A stretch of DNA of 64,000 nucleotides from a bacterium (GCA_021824285.1 JAKAKZ010000002.1:1303-65302); one strand, 5' to 3'. Positions 36,951 to 46,953 are shown, numbered from the stretch's first letter. Made by a program: numbers and translations. The notes: generated by a model from the sequence alone, not told the origin.

Positions 36951-38309
36951 ATGAAACGGAACTCGAGACGCCTTTGGAAACTCGCCAAAGAAGAGTGCAA
37001 CACGCAATACTACGACGCTTCGCCCAAAGGCGAGCTGATCGCCAAGGAGGGCCATTACCAATACAACATCCGCGACCTCATTCGCCGCTACGGCAGTCCG
37101 CTGGAGATCGTCTTCCCGCACATCGTGGAGCAGCGCGTCCGGCACCTCACGGGCCTTTTTGACGCCTACATCAAGCTCAACGACTACAAGGGGAGGTTTT
37201 TTTATCACTATCCGATGAAGGTCAACCAGGGCAAGGAGGTCGTCCTCTCCCTCGTCTCCGAGGGCGCCAACCTGGAGACCTCCTCGGCCAACGAGCTCTG
37301 GATCGTCAAGCGCCTGGCCGAACAGGGCAAGGTCACGCCGCGGCTCCGCATCCTCTGCAACGGCCCCAAGACCCTCAAGTACCTCAACCTCATCGACGAG
37401 CTCGACCGCAAGGGCGTGATCGTCACGCCGATGATCGAAGAGGCGCATGAGCTCGACTACTTCCGCCGCTACAAGGGCGAAGTCGGCGTGCGCGTCAACC
37501 TGAACATCAAGATCGATTCGCATTGGGACAAGAAATTCAACCGATTCGGCTTCCAGGAGGAGGAGCTGCTGGAGCTGGGCAAGATCCGCAATCTCGGCGT
37601 GCTCTCCTACCACATCTCCAGCCAGATCGAGCGGGTCGAGGGACTGACCGCGCCGATCCGCCGCGCTTTCCAGCTCTACGCCAAGATGCGGACGCTCAAT
37701 CCCCAGCTCGACACCATCAACATCGGCGGCGGCGCCGGCGTGCCCTACGAGAAACGACGCTTCTATACAGCGAAGGCCGCGGTCGGGCTGATCGTAAAAA
37801 CCTTCAAGAAGATGGCCCGCGAGCTGAACGTCCGCGAACCGAACATCATCTGCGAATGGGGGCGCTACGTCGTCGCGCCGGCGCAGATGACCGTCTTCCA
37901 GGTGCTGTCCGAGAAGACAGTGACTAACGGCCACAGCAAGAAGTGGTATACGGTCGACGGCAGCTTCATCACCGACCTGCCCGACACCTGGGGCATCCAC
38001 CAGAAATGGCACATCGTGCCGGCCAACAACATGGATTCGCGGCGCCTGCAGAAAGTCTGGCTGGCCGGCTCGACCTGCGACAGCGACGACAAGTACACGG
38101 CCGGCGGCGGCCACATCCTCCTGCCGAAGCTCGAACCGGGCGATGAGCAGTATATCGCCGTGCTCGACACCGGCGCCTATCAGGATTCGCTGGCTAATCG
38201 CCATTGCCTGCTGTCCCGTCCCGTGAAACTAATCGCCCAGAACGGGGACGTGACCGTGGTCCGCAAGCGCGAATCACCGGAGGACGTGGGCCGGAAATTC
38301 GGCTGGTGA
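36951..38309 (+). CDS. Orn/DAP/Arg decarboxylase (fold III PLP), arginine-decarboxylase-like
   Basis: YPMKVNQ (PLP Lys), KFNRFG, HISSQ, INIGGG, CEWGRYVVA, GSTCDSD and TGAYQD. Confidence 0.88.
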   Translation: MKRNSRRLWKLAKEECNTQYYDASPKGELIAKEGHYQYNIRDLIRRYGSPLEIVFPHIVEQRVRHLTGLFDAYIKLNDYKGRFFYHYPMKVNQGKEVVLSLVSEGANLETSSANELWIVKRLAEQGKVTPRLRILCNGPKTLKYLNLIDELDRKGVIVTPMIEEAHELDYFRRYKGEVGVRVNLNIKIDSHWDKKFNRFGFQEEELLELGKIRNLGVLSYHISSQIERVEGLTAPIRRAFQLYAKMRTLNPQLDTINIGGGAGVPYEKRRFYTAKAAVGLIVKTFKKMARELNVREPNIICEWGRYVVAPAQMTVFQVLSEKTVTNGHSKKWYTVDGSFITDLPDTWGIHQKWHIVPANNMDSRRLQKVWLAGSTCDSDDKYTAGGGHILLPKLEPGDEQYIAVLDTGAYQDSLANRHCLLSRPVKLIAQNGDVTVVRKRESPEDVGRKFGW

Positions 38310-38444
38310 GCGAACGATAAGGAAAACGGCCCGCCGGCGGGCCGTTTTTGGTCTCCGCGCCTGCAGCTGCCGCGACGGAGGTTGACTTTACGCCGTTTTC
38401 CTGTCTAACTGCGGCCATTGACCTTTACCACGAAAGGGAAATCG

Positions 38445-38969
38445 ATGCGCCACATCGCGCTGCTGGCCGCTCTCCTGACGTTCGCGGTCCCCGCCGCGGC
38501 CCAGGCCGACAAAGACGGCGTGGAATTCGAGATGGCCTTCTCCGTCGGCTTGGGGCAGGACAGCGTGCCCAACCACGTCATCGGTGGACTGCTCGCCGGC
38601 GGTCGCCTACGCTTTGACCGGCGGTTTCCGTTGGGCCTGCTGGCCGAGGCCTACATCCCCTGGGGCGCAGGCGGCGGCGCCCTCATCGACCTCTACCGCG
38701 ACAAGGCGATCCGACTCCACATCAACGCCGGACTGTGCGGCTACTGGGGCGGGGGCGGCCGCATCGCCGCAGCGCCGGGCGTGGCCTGGGGTGGCTTCTT
38801 CGGAGCCGGCCTGGAGCTCAAGTTCGGCGAAAGCGGCGCCCTGCTCATGGATGCCCGCGCCTACCTGCCGGAACCTTCCGGCTGGCTGGCCACGGACCAT
38901 GCCGCCGAATCCTTCGGCGCGTCGCTCACGCGCACCCAATTCTTCCTAGGCTATGGCCGCCGTTTCTGA
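38445..38969 (+). CDS. Secreted beta-strand-rich protein (small beta-barrel-like), paralogue A
   Basis: Signal peptide (AAAQA/D), Gly/aromatic alternating strands and C-terminal GYGRRF. Confidence 0.65.
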   Translation: MRHIALLAALLTFAVPAAAQADKDGVEFEMAFSVGLGQDSVPNHVIGGLLAGGRLRFDRRFPLGLLAEAYIPWGAGGGALIDLYRDKAIRLHINAGLCGYWGGGGRIAAAPGVAWGGFFGAGLELKFGESGALLMDARAYLPEPSGWLATDHAAESFGASLTRTQFFLGYGRRF

Positions 38970-39133
38970 ACGGCCGCCGGACGCCGACGCGCCGCCCCGC
39001 ATGGGACGGCTTTTCTGTCTGTCCGGAGAGGCAGAGCCGATCTACGTTGACGCTTCGCACCAGAAGGCGTAAGCCTGTGAGGTGGTAATCCGCCCTTCGG
39101 CCCCCAGCCGACGGATTGCGCACGTTCTTTTTA

Positions 39134-39685
39134 ATGAAAGCCGGGAGGTATCCCTTGGGCCACAAGCTCTCGTTGGCCATCCTGCTGATGTCGCTCACTG
39201 CCGGGACGGCGGCCGATGCCGTCGAATTCGAGGCCCAGACCGCTTGCGGTTTGGGCGGCAATCCGTTCGGCGACCAGATGCGCCTCGGCCTCTTCTGCAC
39301 CGAGCGCCTGCGCCTGCTGCCCGTCACCCCGGTCGCGCTCGAATTCAGCGCCTACCTGCCGTACGGCGTGGGCGCCGGTCTGACGTTCGACCTGTTCCGC
39401 AGCCAACACCTGCGCGTCCACTTCGGCGATCTTGGTGTCTTCCTGCCCTTCGCGCCGGAGCTGCGAATTGCGCATCCGGAAGTGCCGCGCGTCTGGGATC
39501 TGACTGTCGGCGCTGGAGTGGAGTGGCTCGTGACGGAGAACGGACCGATCCTGCAGCTCGACTGGCGGGCCTTCCTGCCCGACCCGACGACGGTACCGTT
39601 CTACTACGGCGGATTCAGCGAGCGCTTCTACCTCGATGCGCTCAAAGGAGGTCAGATATGGCTCGGCGTAGCCTGGCGCTTCTGA
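39134..39685 (+). CDS. Secreted beta-strand-rich protein, paralogue B (start may be TTG at 39155)
   Basis: Shares AY(I/L)P(W/Y)GxGxG..DL(Y/F)R..(I/L)RxH and D(A/W)RA(Y/F)LP(E/D)P with 38445-38969, and ends GVAWRF. Confidence 0.65.
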   Translation: MKAGRYPLGHKLSLAILLMSLTAGTAADAVEFEAQTACGLGGNPFGDQMRLGLFCTERLRLLPVTPVALEFSAYLPYGVGAGLTFDLFRSQHLRVHFGDLGVFLPFAPELRIAHPEVPRVWDLTVGAGVEWLVTENGPILQLDWRAFLPDPTTVPFYYGGFSERFYLDALKGGQIWLGVAWRF

Positions 39686-40191
39686 TCGCGTTCGCGGCAT
39701 CCGGCTGCGGCCGCACCGATACCCCGACGGTCTACTACGTCGAGGACCGGTGGACCGATGAGGAGATTGTCGTCATTCGAGCGGCGGCCGATAAGTGGAA
39801 CGACTTGGCCATGACGCAGCTGCGGTATCCGACGCCGCTGCTCGAATACGGCGGCCGAGTCCACGACCGCTTCCGGGAAGACGTCTTCGCCGACGACCGC
39901 CACGTGGTCTACCGCATCAGCTCGGCTGAAGAGTGCCCGTTGCTCTTAAACCCGGAGGAGCTCGGCGGCTATGCCACCATGCAGGACGTGCTGCTCTTCA
40001 GCTACAACCTCTACGGGGGCACGAACTGGTATCCGGAGTACCTCTACTCGGTGACGTTGCACGAGTTCGGCCACTTCATCGGCCTGCCGCACTTCGAGAA
40101 CCGCATCGGCATCATGAATCCGCTGGTCAGCGCCGACGACCTGCGGCCCGCGGACATCGACCAGTTCTGCATCGCCTACGAATGCAAATGA
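39658..40191 (+). CDS. Lipoprotein matrixin-like metallopeptidase
   Basis: ATG after AGGAGG, lipobox ASGC and HEFGHFIGLPH..GIMNP. Confidence 0.8.
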   Translation: MARRSLALLIAFAASGCGRTDTPTVYYVEDRWTDEEIVVIRAAADKWNDLAMTQLRYPTPLLEYGGRVHDRFREDVFADDRHVVYRISSAEECPLLLNPEELGGYATMQDVLLFSYNLYGGTNWYPEYLYSVTLHEFGHFIGLPHFENRIGIMNPLVSADDLRPADIDQFCIAYECK

Positions 40192-40231
40192 CTCCGGCCT
40201 CTTGGCCGGAGTTTTTTTGTTCCCAGTCGAA

Positions 40232-40786
40232 TCAGTGCAATCCGTCCACTGACGGCGACCGCGCGTCCCGCGCCAGATGCCGCGGCAGCTGTATCCAGAA
40301 ATAGTACAGGAAGAACGCATCGATCAGCACCATGAGGGCCCCGGACCAGCTGAATGACAGGAACAGGCGGTACAGGCCATAGACCGCGAACGCGCCGAAA
40401 ACCGCGACCGCAACGATGCGGGTCTCTTTTACGCGATACCACAGACCGGCGGCCAGCATGATCTTGATGGTACCGAAGGCCAGCACCAGCCAAGCCAGAT
40501 GCATGGAGGTGTCGTGGCTGATGCGCGGAAAATGGCCAGCCACCCAATTCAGGAACATGTCCTGCGGGTCTTCCTGCAGCTCGCGCAGGACGAACTCGTT
40601 CAGGGAACGCAGCGGCGCGACCCGCCAAATGCCCGTGATGACGAGCAGGGCCGTCAGCGCGACCACCGCATTGATGAGTCCGGAAACGGCCTCATAGGCC
40701 ACGAGTGCGGCCAAAGCCCAAGGACGCCCCCAAATGTGGACGTCTCCCGGATGGCCTCGCTGTCCGATGGTGAATATTTTCTTCAT
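40232..40786 (-). CDS. DUF2127-like membrane protein
   Basis: Four TM segments with ELQEDPQD and KIMLAAGLW patterns. Confidence 0.65.
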   Translation of the reverse strand: MKKIFTIGQRGHPGDVHIWGRPWALAALVAYEAVSGLINAVVALTALLVITGIWRVAPLRSLNEFVLRELQEDPQDMFLNWVAGHFPRISHDTSMHLAWLVLAFGTIKIMLAAGLWYRVKETRIVAVAVFGAFAVYGLYRLFLSFSWSGALMVLIDAFFLYYFWIQLPRHLARDARSPSVDGLH

Positions 40787-41031
40787 GTCACGCTACAAAA
40801 TGCGCCTTTGGCCGGCTGCTGTCAATGACCTGCGGCCCGCAACAAATATACCACCGCCAGGCCGCGCCACCAAAATAACAGGCACGGGTTTGCTGCCGCG
40901 AGCGCATCCGGTGCCGCCCGCCGAGCGGCCTAGGCAATAACTGGTCTGAATTGCGGGAGCTGGCAGAAGGCCGGAACGAAAGGGCCCGGCCATACCGTGC
41001 CGGGCCCGATCTCATCGCCTAAAATCTACGG

Positions 41032-41979
41032 CTAGCGGCCAGAGGCCTGACCGGTGCCGGACTCGCGCGGCGTCTTTATGTCTTTCTGCGCGTCGGAGGT
41101 CGCGTTCTGTCCGGAACGAGCGGCCTTACGGGCGGCTTCCTTGGCCGCGCGTTCAGCTTCCCGCGCGGCTTTCGCCGCCGCGGCCGCGGCGTTTTTGGCG
41201 GCCTTCAGCTTAGCTTGAGCATCCATGATGGCCGCGTGGAAGGTGGTGTTGGCGGCCTTAACGGCGGCCTGGGCCGTCTTGCGAGCAACCGTCATCGTAG
41301 ACCGGAACTGCGCAAAGGCGGCATCGGTCGAAGCGACGAAGGACTTGCGGGCCGTCTCAATCGCGCTGCGGAACGCCTTATTCGCGGCCTTAATCTGATC
41401 GGCGCTGCCGCCGCAGGTGGACTTCCAGGTCGCCAAAGCGGCATCGACGGCCGCACGACGCGCGGCAATCGCCGCATCCACCGCATCGCGACGGGTGGTC
41501 AAGGCCGCGGACTGGGTCTCCTTGAAGGTCTGATGGGCCGCTTCGACAGCGGCCTTGCGGACCGCGGCTGCGGCGTCGACGGTCGCCTGATAGTCGGCAA
41601 ACGCCTGAGCCAACGCCGGGTTCTTGTTCGCCTTGACCTGGGCCGCGGCGCGTTTCCCTTCGAGATTCTTTTCCCGCTCGGCCTCGTTGGAATCCAGTTT
41701 TGACTGGCGATCGGCCGTCTTTTCCTGCAGTTTGTTGTCCTGATCATCCCGCTTCTGGGTCAACTTGGCCTCCTGTTCGAGACGTTTGGCCGCGAGCACG
41801 TCGCTACCGCCCAAACGGCGCAGGTCACACGTCGCCGGAGCCGCAGCCGCCTGGCCGGACGCGCCGTCATAAAGCGTCGGCACCGCTGCTGTTCCGTCCG
41901 TCGTCTGGGCCAAGGCCGGAACACCCAGAGAAAGGGCGAGCGAGGCGGCAATGACTGCACGCGCGTATCTTTTCTTCAT
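41032..41979 (-). CDS. Secreted Ala-rich coiled-coil protein
   Basis: Signal peptide (PALA/Q) and long Ala/Lys/Arg helices. Confidence 0.75.
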   Translation of the reverse strand: MKKRYARAVIAASLALSLGVPALAQTTDGTAAVPTLYDGASGQAAAAPATCDLRRLGGSDVLAAKRLEQEAKLTQKRDDQDNKLQEKTADRQSKLDSNEAEREKNLEGKRAAAQVKANKNPALAQAFADYQATVDAAAAVRKAAVEAAHQTFKETQSAALTTRRDAVDAAIAARRAAVDAALATWKSTCGGSADQIKAANKAFRSAIETARKSFVASTDAAFAQFRSTMTVARKTAQAAVKAANTTFHAAIMDAQAKLKAAKNAAAAAAKAAREAERAAKEAARKAARSGQNATSDAQKDIKTPRESGTGQASGR

Positions 41980-42184
41980 AAGTCTTTGGCCGCGAATGCG
42001 GCTGGTGAATCAGGCCATCAGGCCGTTAATCTATCTATCTATATAACGCGTTTCCCGCCAAATTCTTTCACGGCAGCGCTCCTATCATGGACGCATGGTA
42101 GCACAAAAACGGTCTGAACCGAAAAAAACTAAACCGCACCCCGTTTTGGGGTGCGGTTATGGCTATTGCGTCCTGTACGGCGGC

Positions 42185-42736
42185 TTATTTCATAGCCACT
42201 GCCTGCGCGTCCTCCTTCGGCCAGAGCAGCTTGCCGTTGCGGATGACCGACGCGGCGTAGCCGTTATTGGCGCCGCAGCCGTTATGGCACTGGATGGCGT
42301 ACTTGGGATTCTTCGGGTAGCCGTTGTACTCCAAGTAGGAGATGGTCCAATTCGCGCTGCAGCGCAGGTCCTCGGCGCAGGACAACGAGACCTTATGCAT
42401 CTTATAGTGGATCTGGAAGTAGCCGCGGGCCTTGCCGTTGTCGCCGATGGCCGTAGCCACGAAGCGGGATTCCTTGTAGGCCATTCCTAGGAGCGTCCGG
42501 GCGCAGTCCTCGTCGTAGCCGCGAGACTGGCAGACCTCCAGAAGGACCTGGTGGATTGGCGGCGGCACCGCGGGACCGAACGGTTGGGCTGGCGCGGCCG
42601 AAACGACCGAGGCGTTGCCCGCCGCGACGATTTCGCCAGCGGCCCCGCTCGTCAAATCCTGGGCCACAGCCGGCTGGACGGTAAAGGCCCGCACCGCCAA
42701 AGTGAGCAATCCGCCCAAAAACACCCAGTAGCGCAT
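42185..42736 (-). CDS. Secreted lysozyme-like / lytic transglycosylase-like protein
   Basis: MAYKESRF..A.GDNGKARGYFQI (catalytic Glu and GxFQ), ending HNG. Confidence 0.7.
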   Translation of the reverse strand: MRYWVFLGGLLTLAVRAFTVQPAVAQDLTSGAAGEIVAAGNASVVSAAPAQPFGPAVPPPIHQVLLEVCQSRGYDEDCARTLLGMAYKESRFVATAIGDNGKARGYFQIHYKMHKVSLSCAEDLRCSANWTISYLEYNGYPKNPKYAIQCHNGCGANNGYAASVIRNGKLLWPKEDAQAVAMK

Positions 42737-42972
42737 GTCCCCACTTAATAGGCTAGTCGACAAATTTTTGGCTAATTTCTGCATAGAATCTAAATGATCG
42801 CCTGAGCGATCAACATCGAAATCTAGCAGTTTTTGGTCTTTTTGTCAAGGGTTTCACCCAATAAAAGCCGATAATTTAGCCAAGAAAATGGAAATCGAGC
42901 TTAAAAAGAGCCGGGGCGACGAGGCCCCGATCCTTTCCTTTCTGATTTTAGACTTACGACCCTTCCAGTCGG

Positions 42973-44340
42973 CTAATCGTCGTAGCCGCCTTCCTCCTCA
43001 TCATCGCCGTTACCCAGCACCTTCAAAGTCTTGACCGTGACCGTATCCCCGGTCCGTTGCCCGACGACCGTGCCGAAAGCGGCTCCGCCGATCCGGAACT
43101 GGCCGCACGCCACTTCACGGTTGCCCAAGAAACAGCGGCTGGACGCGGCGAATTCCAGGGTCAGAATCCTCTTCTGGCCGTTCTCAATCACCTGTATGCC
43201 CAAATCGCGCGCCAACCGGTCCGGATTGCGCTTCAAGAGCAGGCCGGACGCGTCATAGACTTCGCCACGCCAGACCTTCGGCTCTGCGGCCGGTGGCGTC
43301 ACGGGCGCTTGATTCGTGCCTTCGGTCGGTGCTGTAGTCTCCGGTGCCAAGCTTGGTACCAACGGCTCTCCCACGTCTGCCGGCTGGACAGGAGCCGAAC
43401 TCGGTACGGTAGCGGGGAAAAGCGGCGCGGCTTCCTCACCACGGCGCACCAGACCGGCGTAGTAAGTTGCTCCCGCGACCGCAAAAAGGGCGGCCAATAT
43501 GATTGCCACGATCTCCGCGCGCAGAAACCACGGGACGGGTTTCGGCGGCTCCGTCGGTACCTGCTGCGGCGCATGCAGCGCGCCCTTCGTCAGGTCATGA
43601 TGATTCAGGTAAATCGTCATGAAATTGGCGAACAGCAGGCCGGAAAGCAGCGTGGAGGCGGAAAAGGAGAAGTACGACAGGAAGGTGCCAAGAGCGGACA
43701 GCAGACCGAACATCGGCAGGGAGCGCGGCATGATCGGCGACGTCCGCGGATCCGTCAGCATGAAGAAGACGAAATACGTCTGGTAGAGGATCAGCGCGGA
43801 CATGACGTTCAGGATCGGCCGATGCAGTATGGCGGCCTGCAGGACCGCGAGCAGCATCGAGCTGCCGGTATAGGCGGCAACCAGCTTCCAGCGGCCCGGC
43901 AATTTGGCCAGGACGATTGAGCCCAGGATGATGGTCAGGATGTCCTCACTGCCGGCCCACCAGGAGAGCTGGACCTTGAAGAAGGCCGCGCCGACGAACA
44001 GCGCCAGGGCCGCGGGATTGAAAACAGGCCGCCCGTCGTGCCGGACGAGATGTTTGACGAGCATGGCGCCAGCCGCCAGACCGCCCGCGATGATCGGGCT
44101 CGTCGCCGGAGCCACGATGGAACCGATGATCACGCCGGTGATGGCCGCCCCTGACGTGACGATGAGCCGGCGCTTGCGCAGCAGTTCGGCGACCGTGTCC
44201 ACGGCCAGCGCGCCGGCGACCGCAGCCGCAAACATGGGCAGGGTCTCCCCCGCCGTATAGCGCACCACGTGGGAACCGGCCAGCGTCAGCAGGGCCAGCA
44301 GGGTCCATTGTTTCGGATTAAGTCGGGGTAATAAACTCAT
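42973..44340 (-). CDS. RnfD/NqrB-family membrane protein with C-terminal extracytoplasmic extension
   Basis: SGAAITG, KHL...VFNPAA, SWW and FFMLTDPRTSP. Confidence 0.85.
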   Translation of the reverse strand: MSLLPRLNPKQWTLLALLTLAGSHVVRYTAGETLPMFAAAVAGALAVDTVAELLRKRRLIVTSGAAITGVIIGSIVAPATSPIIAGGLAAGAMLVKHLVRHDGRPVFNPAALALFVGAAFFKVQLSWWAGSEDILTIILGSIVLAKLPGRWKLVAAYTGSSMLLAVLQAAILHRPILNVMSALILYQTYFVFFMLTDPRTSPIMPRSLPMFGLLSALGTFLSYFSFSASTLLSGLLFANFMTIYLNHHDLTKGALHAPQQVPTEPPKPVPWFLRAEIVAIILAALFAVAGATYYAGLVRRGEEAAPLFPATVPSSAPVQPADVGEPLVPSLAPETTAPTEGTNQAPVTPPAAEPKVWRGEVYDASGLLLKRNPDRLARDLGIQVIENGQKRILTLEFAASSRCFLGNREVACGQFRIGGAAFGTVVGQRTGDTVTVKTLKVLGNGDDEEEGGYDD

Positions 44341-45206
44341 GCGTTTACGCGATTGACGAAAAGGGTGCGCATCACCGAGCTCATGAGCACGGTACCGCGC
44401 GGATCGACGGCCAGGACCGCGCCGCCCTGCCGTTCGACGAACTCCATAGCCTCCTGCGTCGGCATAAGGTAAGCGGCCGTGGACCAGGAATCGGCCTGGA
44501 CCGCGGTGGGCGCGATGACGCTCAGGCTCAAGAACTCGCGGCTCGAGCCCACCAGGTGTTCACGGCCTTCAGCCGCAACCATCCGGCCGCGCAGGTATTC
44601 GCCCGAGGTGCAGATTGCCCCTCCCTGGAGCGGCAGCACGGTCACGATCCGATGCGGATCGCGCGGGTCACGGATGCCGATGTCCCAACGGTCCTTGCCG
44701 GGTGGGAGCGACCGGACGGCCATATCGCCGCCGGCTTCAATCATCGCCGGTTCGTCGCCGCCTAGCGCTTCGAGCGCCTCATCGATGGCCGCGCCCTTCA
44801 CGACCGCATTGAGGTCCAAAGCGGTGCCCGGCGGCAGTCGGACGGTTCCGGCGACAGCGTCATGGTCGATGTCCCGCCAGGTGGCTCCGACGTTGACCAC
44901 GCGGCGCCCAGGCAGGGTCCGCGCGCCGACAAGCGGATCGAACGCCCCGTCGCTCGCGGCGGCCACCGCCAGGGCCTTGCCGAGAACATCATTGAAATTT
45001 TCTGAAATGTTGACGGACAATCCGGCCCGCAGATTCACCGAGGTCAATTCGGAATCGTGCCGGAAGCCGGAAAACCGCCGCTCATACTCGGCGAAGACGC
45101 TGAAAGCGCGCCAAGAACGGGCGGCAAGCGCCGGAGTGTCTGGAGCGTAGACGCTCACGGTCACCCTGGTGTCCATGTGTTTTTCCTCGAACCGGACCGG
45201 CCGCAT
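44337..45206 (-). CDS. apbE: FAD:protein FMN transferase
   Basis: MDT, FS.F..DSEL..VN, GAFDP, LDLNAVVKG, EAGGD, ICTSGEY and ADSWSTA. Confidence 0.92.
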   Translation of the reverse strand: MRPVRFEEKHMDTRVTVSVYAPDTPALAARSWRAFSVFAEYERRFSGFRHDSELTSVNLRAGLSVNISENFNDVLGKALAVAAASDGAFDPLVGARTLPGRRVVNVGATWRDIDHDAVAGTVRLPPGTALDLNAVVKGAAIDEALEALGGDEPAMIEAGGDMAVRSLPPGKDRWDIGIRDPRDPHRIVTVLPLQGGAICTSGEYLRGRMVAAEGREHLVGSSREFLSLSVIAPTAVQADSWSTAAYLMPTQEAMEFVERQGGAVLAVDPRGTVLMSSVMRTLFVNRVNA

Positions 45207-45209
45207 AAC

Positions 45210-45812
45210 TCAACGCCGGGACCTGGAAACGATCTGAGCCAGATCGTCGCGGAAGGCGTAAGAGGTATAGGTCGCGCCGGAAACGCCGTCAATAGCGTCG
45301 GATTGGGCGGCAAGCGCCTGCTGTGCCAGCACCGGCGCGGCATACTCCGATGGCGGAGAGTACGGCGTCTGAACCGGTTCAACGGCAGTCCAGTGGCCGC
45401 CTTTCACGGTCACGCTCACCACCATGTCGCCCCACGGAGTCGAGGAGGAAGCCGAATAGAGTCCATCCTTGTACGGACCGGACGGGGCCGGAGCCGGCTG
45501 CGGCGCTGGTGCAGGGGCTGGTGCGGGAGTTGGAGCCGGAGCGGGAGCTGGGGTAGGTTGAGGGGCTGGTGTTGGGACCGGAGCCGGAGCCGGCTGCGGC
45601 GCTGGTGACGGCGCTGGAGTCGCGGTTGTCTCCTTCACTGGTGCGGCCACCGGTTGCGGCTGGGGCTGCTCTGGAGCCTGCGGCAGCTTAACTACGGCCG
45701 GCAAGTTCGCCGCCGTCAGACGCTGCAGAATGGTCATCAGGGCAAAAAAACTCGCTCCGCCGACCAGGCTGGTCAACCATGGCCGCAATTTTACCGGTAT
45801 AGGATTATTCAT
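45210..45812 (-). CDS. Membrane-anchored FMN-binding domain protein with Pro/Ala linker
   Basis: YKDG.Y, WG...V.VTV and DGVSGATYTS flavinylation motif. Start MNNPIP at 45812. Confidence 0.9.
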   Translation of the reverse strand: MNNPIPVKLRPWLTSLVGGASFFALMTILQRLTAANLPAVVKLPQAPEQPQPQPVAAPVKETTATPAPSPAPQPAPAPVPTPAPQPTPAPAPAPTPAPAPAPAPQPAPAPSGPYKDGLYSASSSTPWGDMVVSVTVKGGHWTAVEPVQTPYSPPSEYAAPVLAQQALAAQSDAIDGVSGATYTSYAFRDDLAQIVSRSRR

Positions 45813-46008
45813 AACGGTGATGATTATACCACAAAAACGGTTTAGGCTTGGTGGATTGTTTTTCAGGCATATATGGTCAGGGTGTCGGTCGGTAATACGC
45901 TTAAAAAGACATATATTTCCACGTAATGCCCCGATGGCCGCACACCGATTCGCCCTTGACAATAAGCCAGAATAATGGTTGTCTACTCGCACCACAGGAG
46001 GAACAGCG

Positions 46009-46485
46009 ATGACCTTTACCTTACAGCAAGCGCGCGACCTGGTCCGCTGTGCCAAAGCGGAGAACCAGCAGCAGATCATCTCTTTGGGGCGCTCGGAAAG
46101 CCGCATCAAGCGGATGCGGCAGCTCTACGAGTTCGAAGAGTGCCTCAAGCACCTTTCCCTCCCCGACCCCAACCGCCGCTGGACGGCCGTGCGCCACTGC
46201 GAATTCGTGGGGCCGGCGGACGGCGAAGAGCTGTTGCGGGTGGACGGCATCGTCCCGTTGCGGCTGCTGGACTTCGTGGCGCCGGAAACGGCCGCGACGC
46301 TGGCCGAACGCGGCGAGGGCACGGCGAACGACGCCATGCACCTCGACTGTCCGCGCTGCGCCAAGCTCTTTCCGCTCGTGGCGCACCGCACCCCGGCCGG
46401 AAACCCGGACCAGACGGAGTTGATCACGGTCTCCGTGATCTGCCTGAACTGCCTGGAACTCGCTCCGGTCGGCATGAGCGGCTAA
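46009..46485 (+). CDS. Hypothetical protein with two CxxC motifs (Zn-ribbon-like)
   Basis: ATG after AGGAGG, motifs CPRC and CLNC, and a terminator at 46495-46521. Confidence 0.65.
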   Translation: MTFTLQQARDLVRCAKAENQQQIISLGRSESRIKRMRQLYEFEECLKHLSLPDPNRRWTAVRHCEFVGPADGEELLRVDGIVPLRLLDFVAPETAATLAERGEGTANDAMHLDCPRCAKLFPLVAHRTPAGNPDQTELITVSVICLNCLELAPVGMSG

Positions 46486-46683
46486 ACGTCTTCCGCCCGT
46501 CCGACGACGGGCGGTTTTTTTATTTAGCGGCGGTTCGAAAGATGCGAAGTTGCGGAGATGCAAAGGCGCAAAGACGCAAAATAGGAGGTCATAAATTTAT
46601 CCCCCGCTTTGCGTCTCCGAATCTCCGCAACTCCGCAACTGGCTATTAAAAAAATCCCCGCTTCGGCGGGGAAAGACCGGCTT

Positions 46684-46953
46684 CTACTTTACACGCCGGG
46701 CATCCGGCATGGGGACGGTCTCGATGACCGCCTGGCGCTTCGTGGCCGGCTCGCGCCTGATGACGAAAGAGCGGCGCTTCTGCCGCGGCAGCGGCGCCGT
46801 CTCGACCTTCAGCTGGTCCGTGGGGACGATGAGCGACTGGTCGGGAACCGAAGTCGCGTCGGGAGCGGCGGCACCGCGCGGTTCGTCGGCCGCCGCCGGA
46901 CCGAGGCTGAACAGACAGCCCAGGAGCGCGAGAACAAGGAACGAATGGCGCAT
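46684..46953 (-). CDS. Small secreted hypothetical protein
   Basis: RBS GGAGGAG and signal peptide (AAA/DEP). Confidence 0.55.
   Translation of the reverse strand: MRHSFLVLALLGCLFSLGPAAADEPRGAAAPDATSVPDQSLIVPTDQLKVETAPLPRQKRRSFVIRREPATKRQAVIETVPMPDARRVK

Noticed and set aside
42740-42850. AT-rich leader with hairpin TGATCGC-CTGA-GCGATCA upstream of the lysozyme-like gene as a riboswitch
   Set aside because: I could not match conserved motifs of c-di-AMP, c-di-GMP or other riboswitches. A single hairpin is insufficient evidence.
45485-45665. Repetitive GGAGCCGG/GGCTGCGGCGCTGGT tract as a CRISPR array or DNA repeat element
   Set aside because: It encodes the Pro/Ala linker of the FMN-binding protein. 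There is no repeat-spacer structure and no cas gene.
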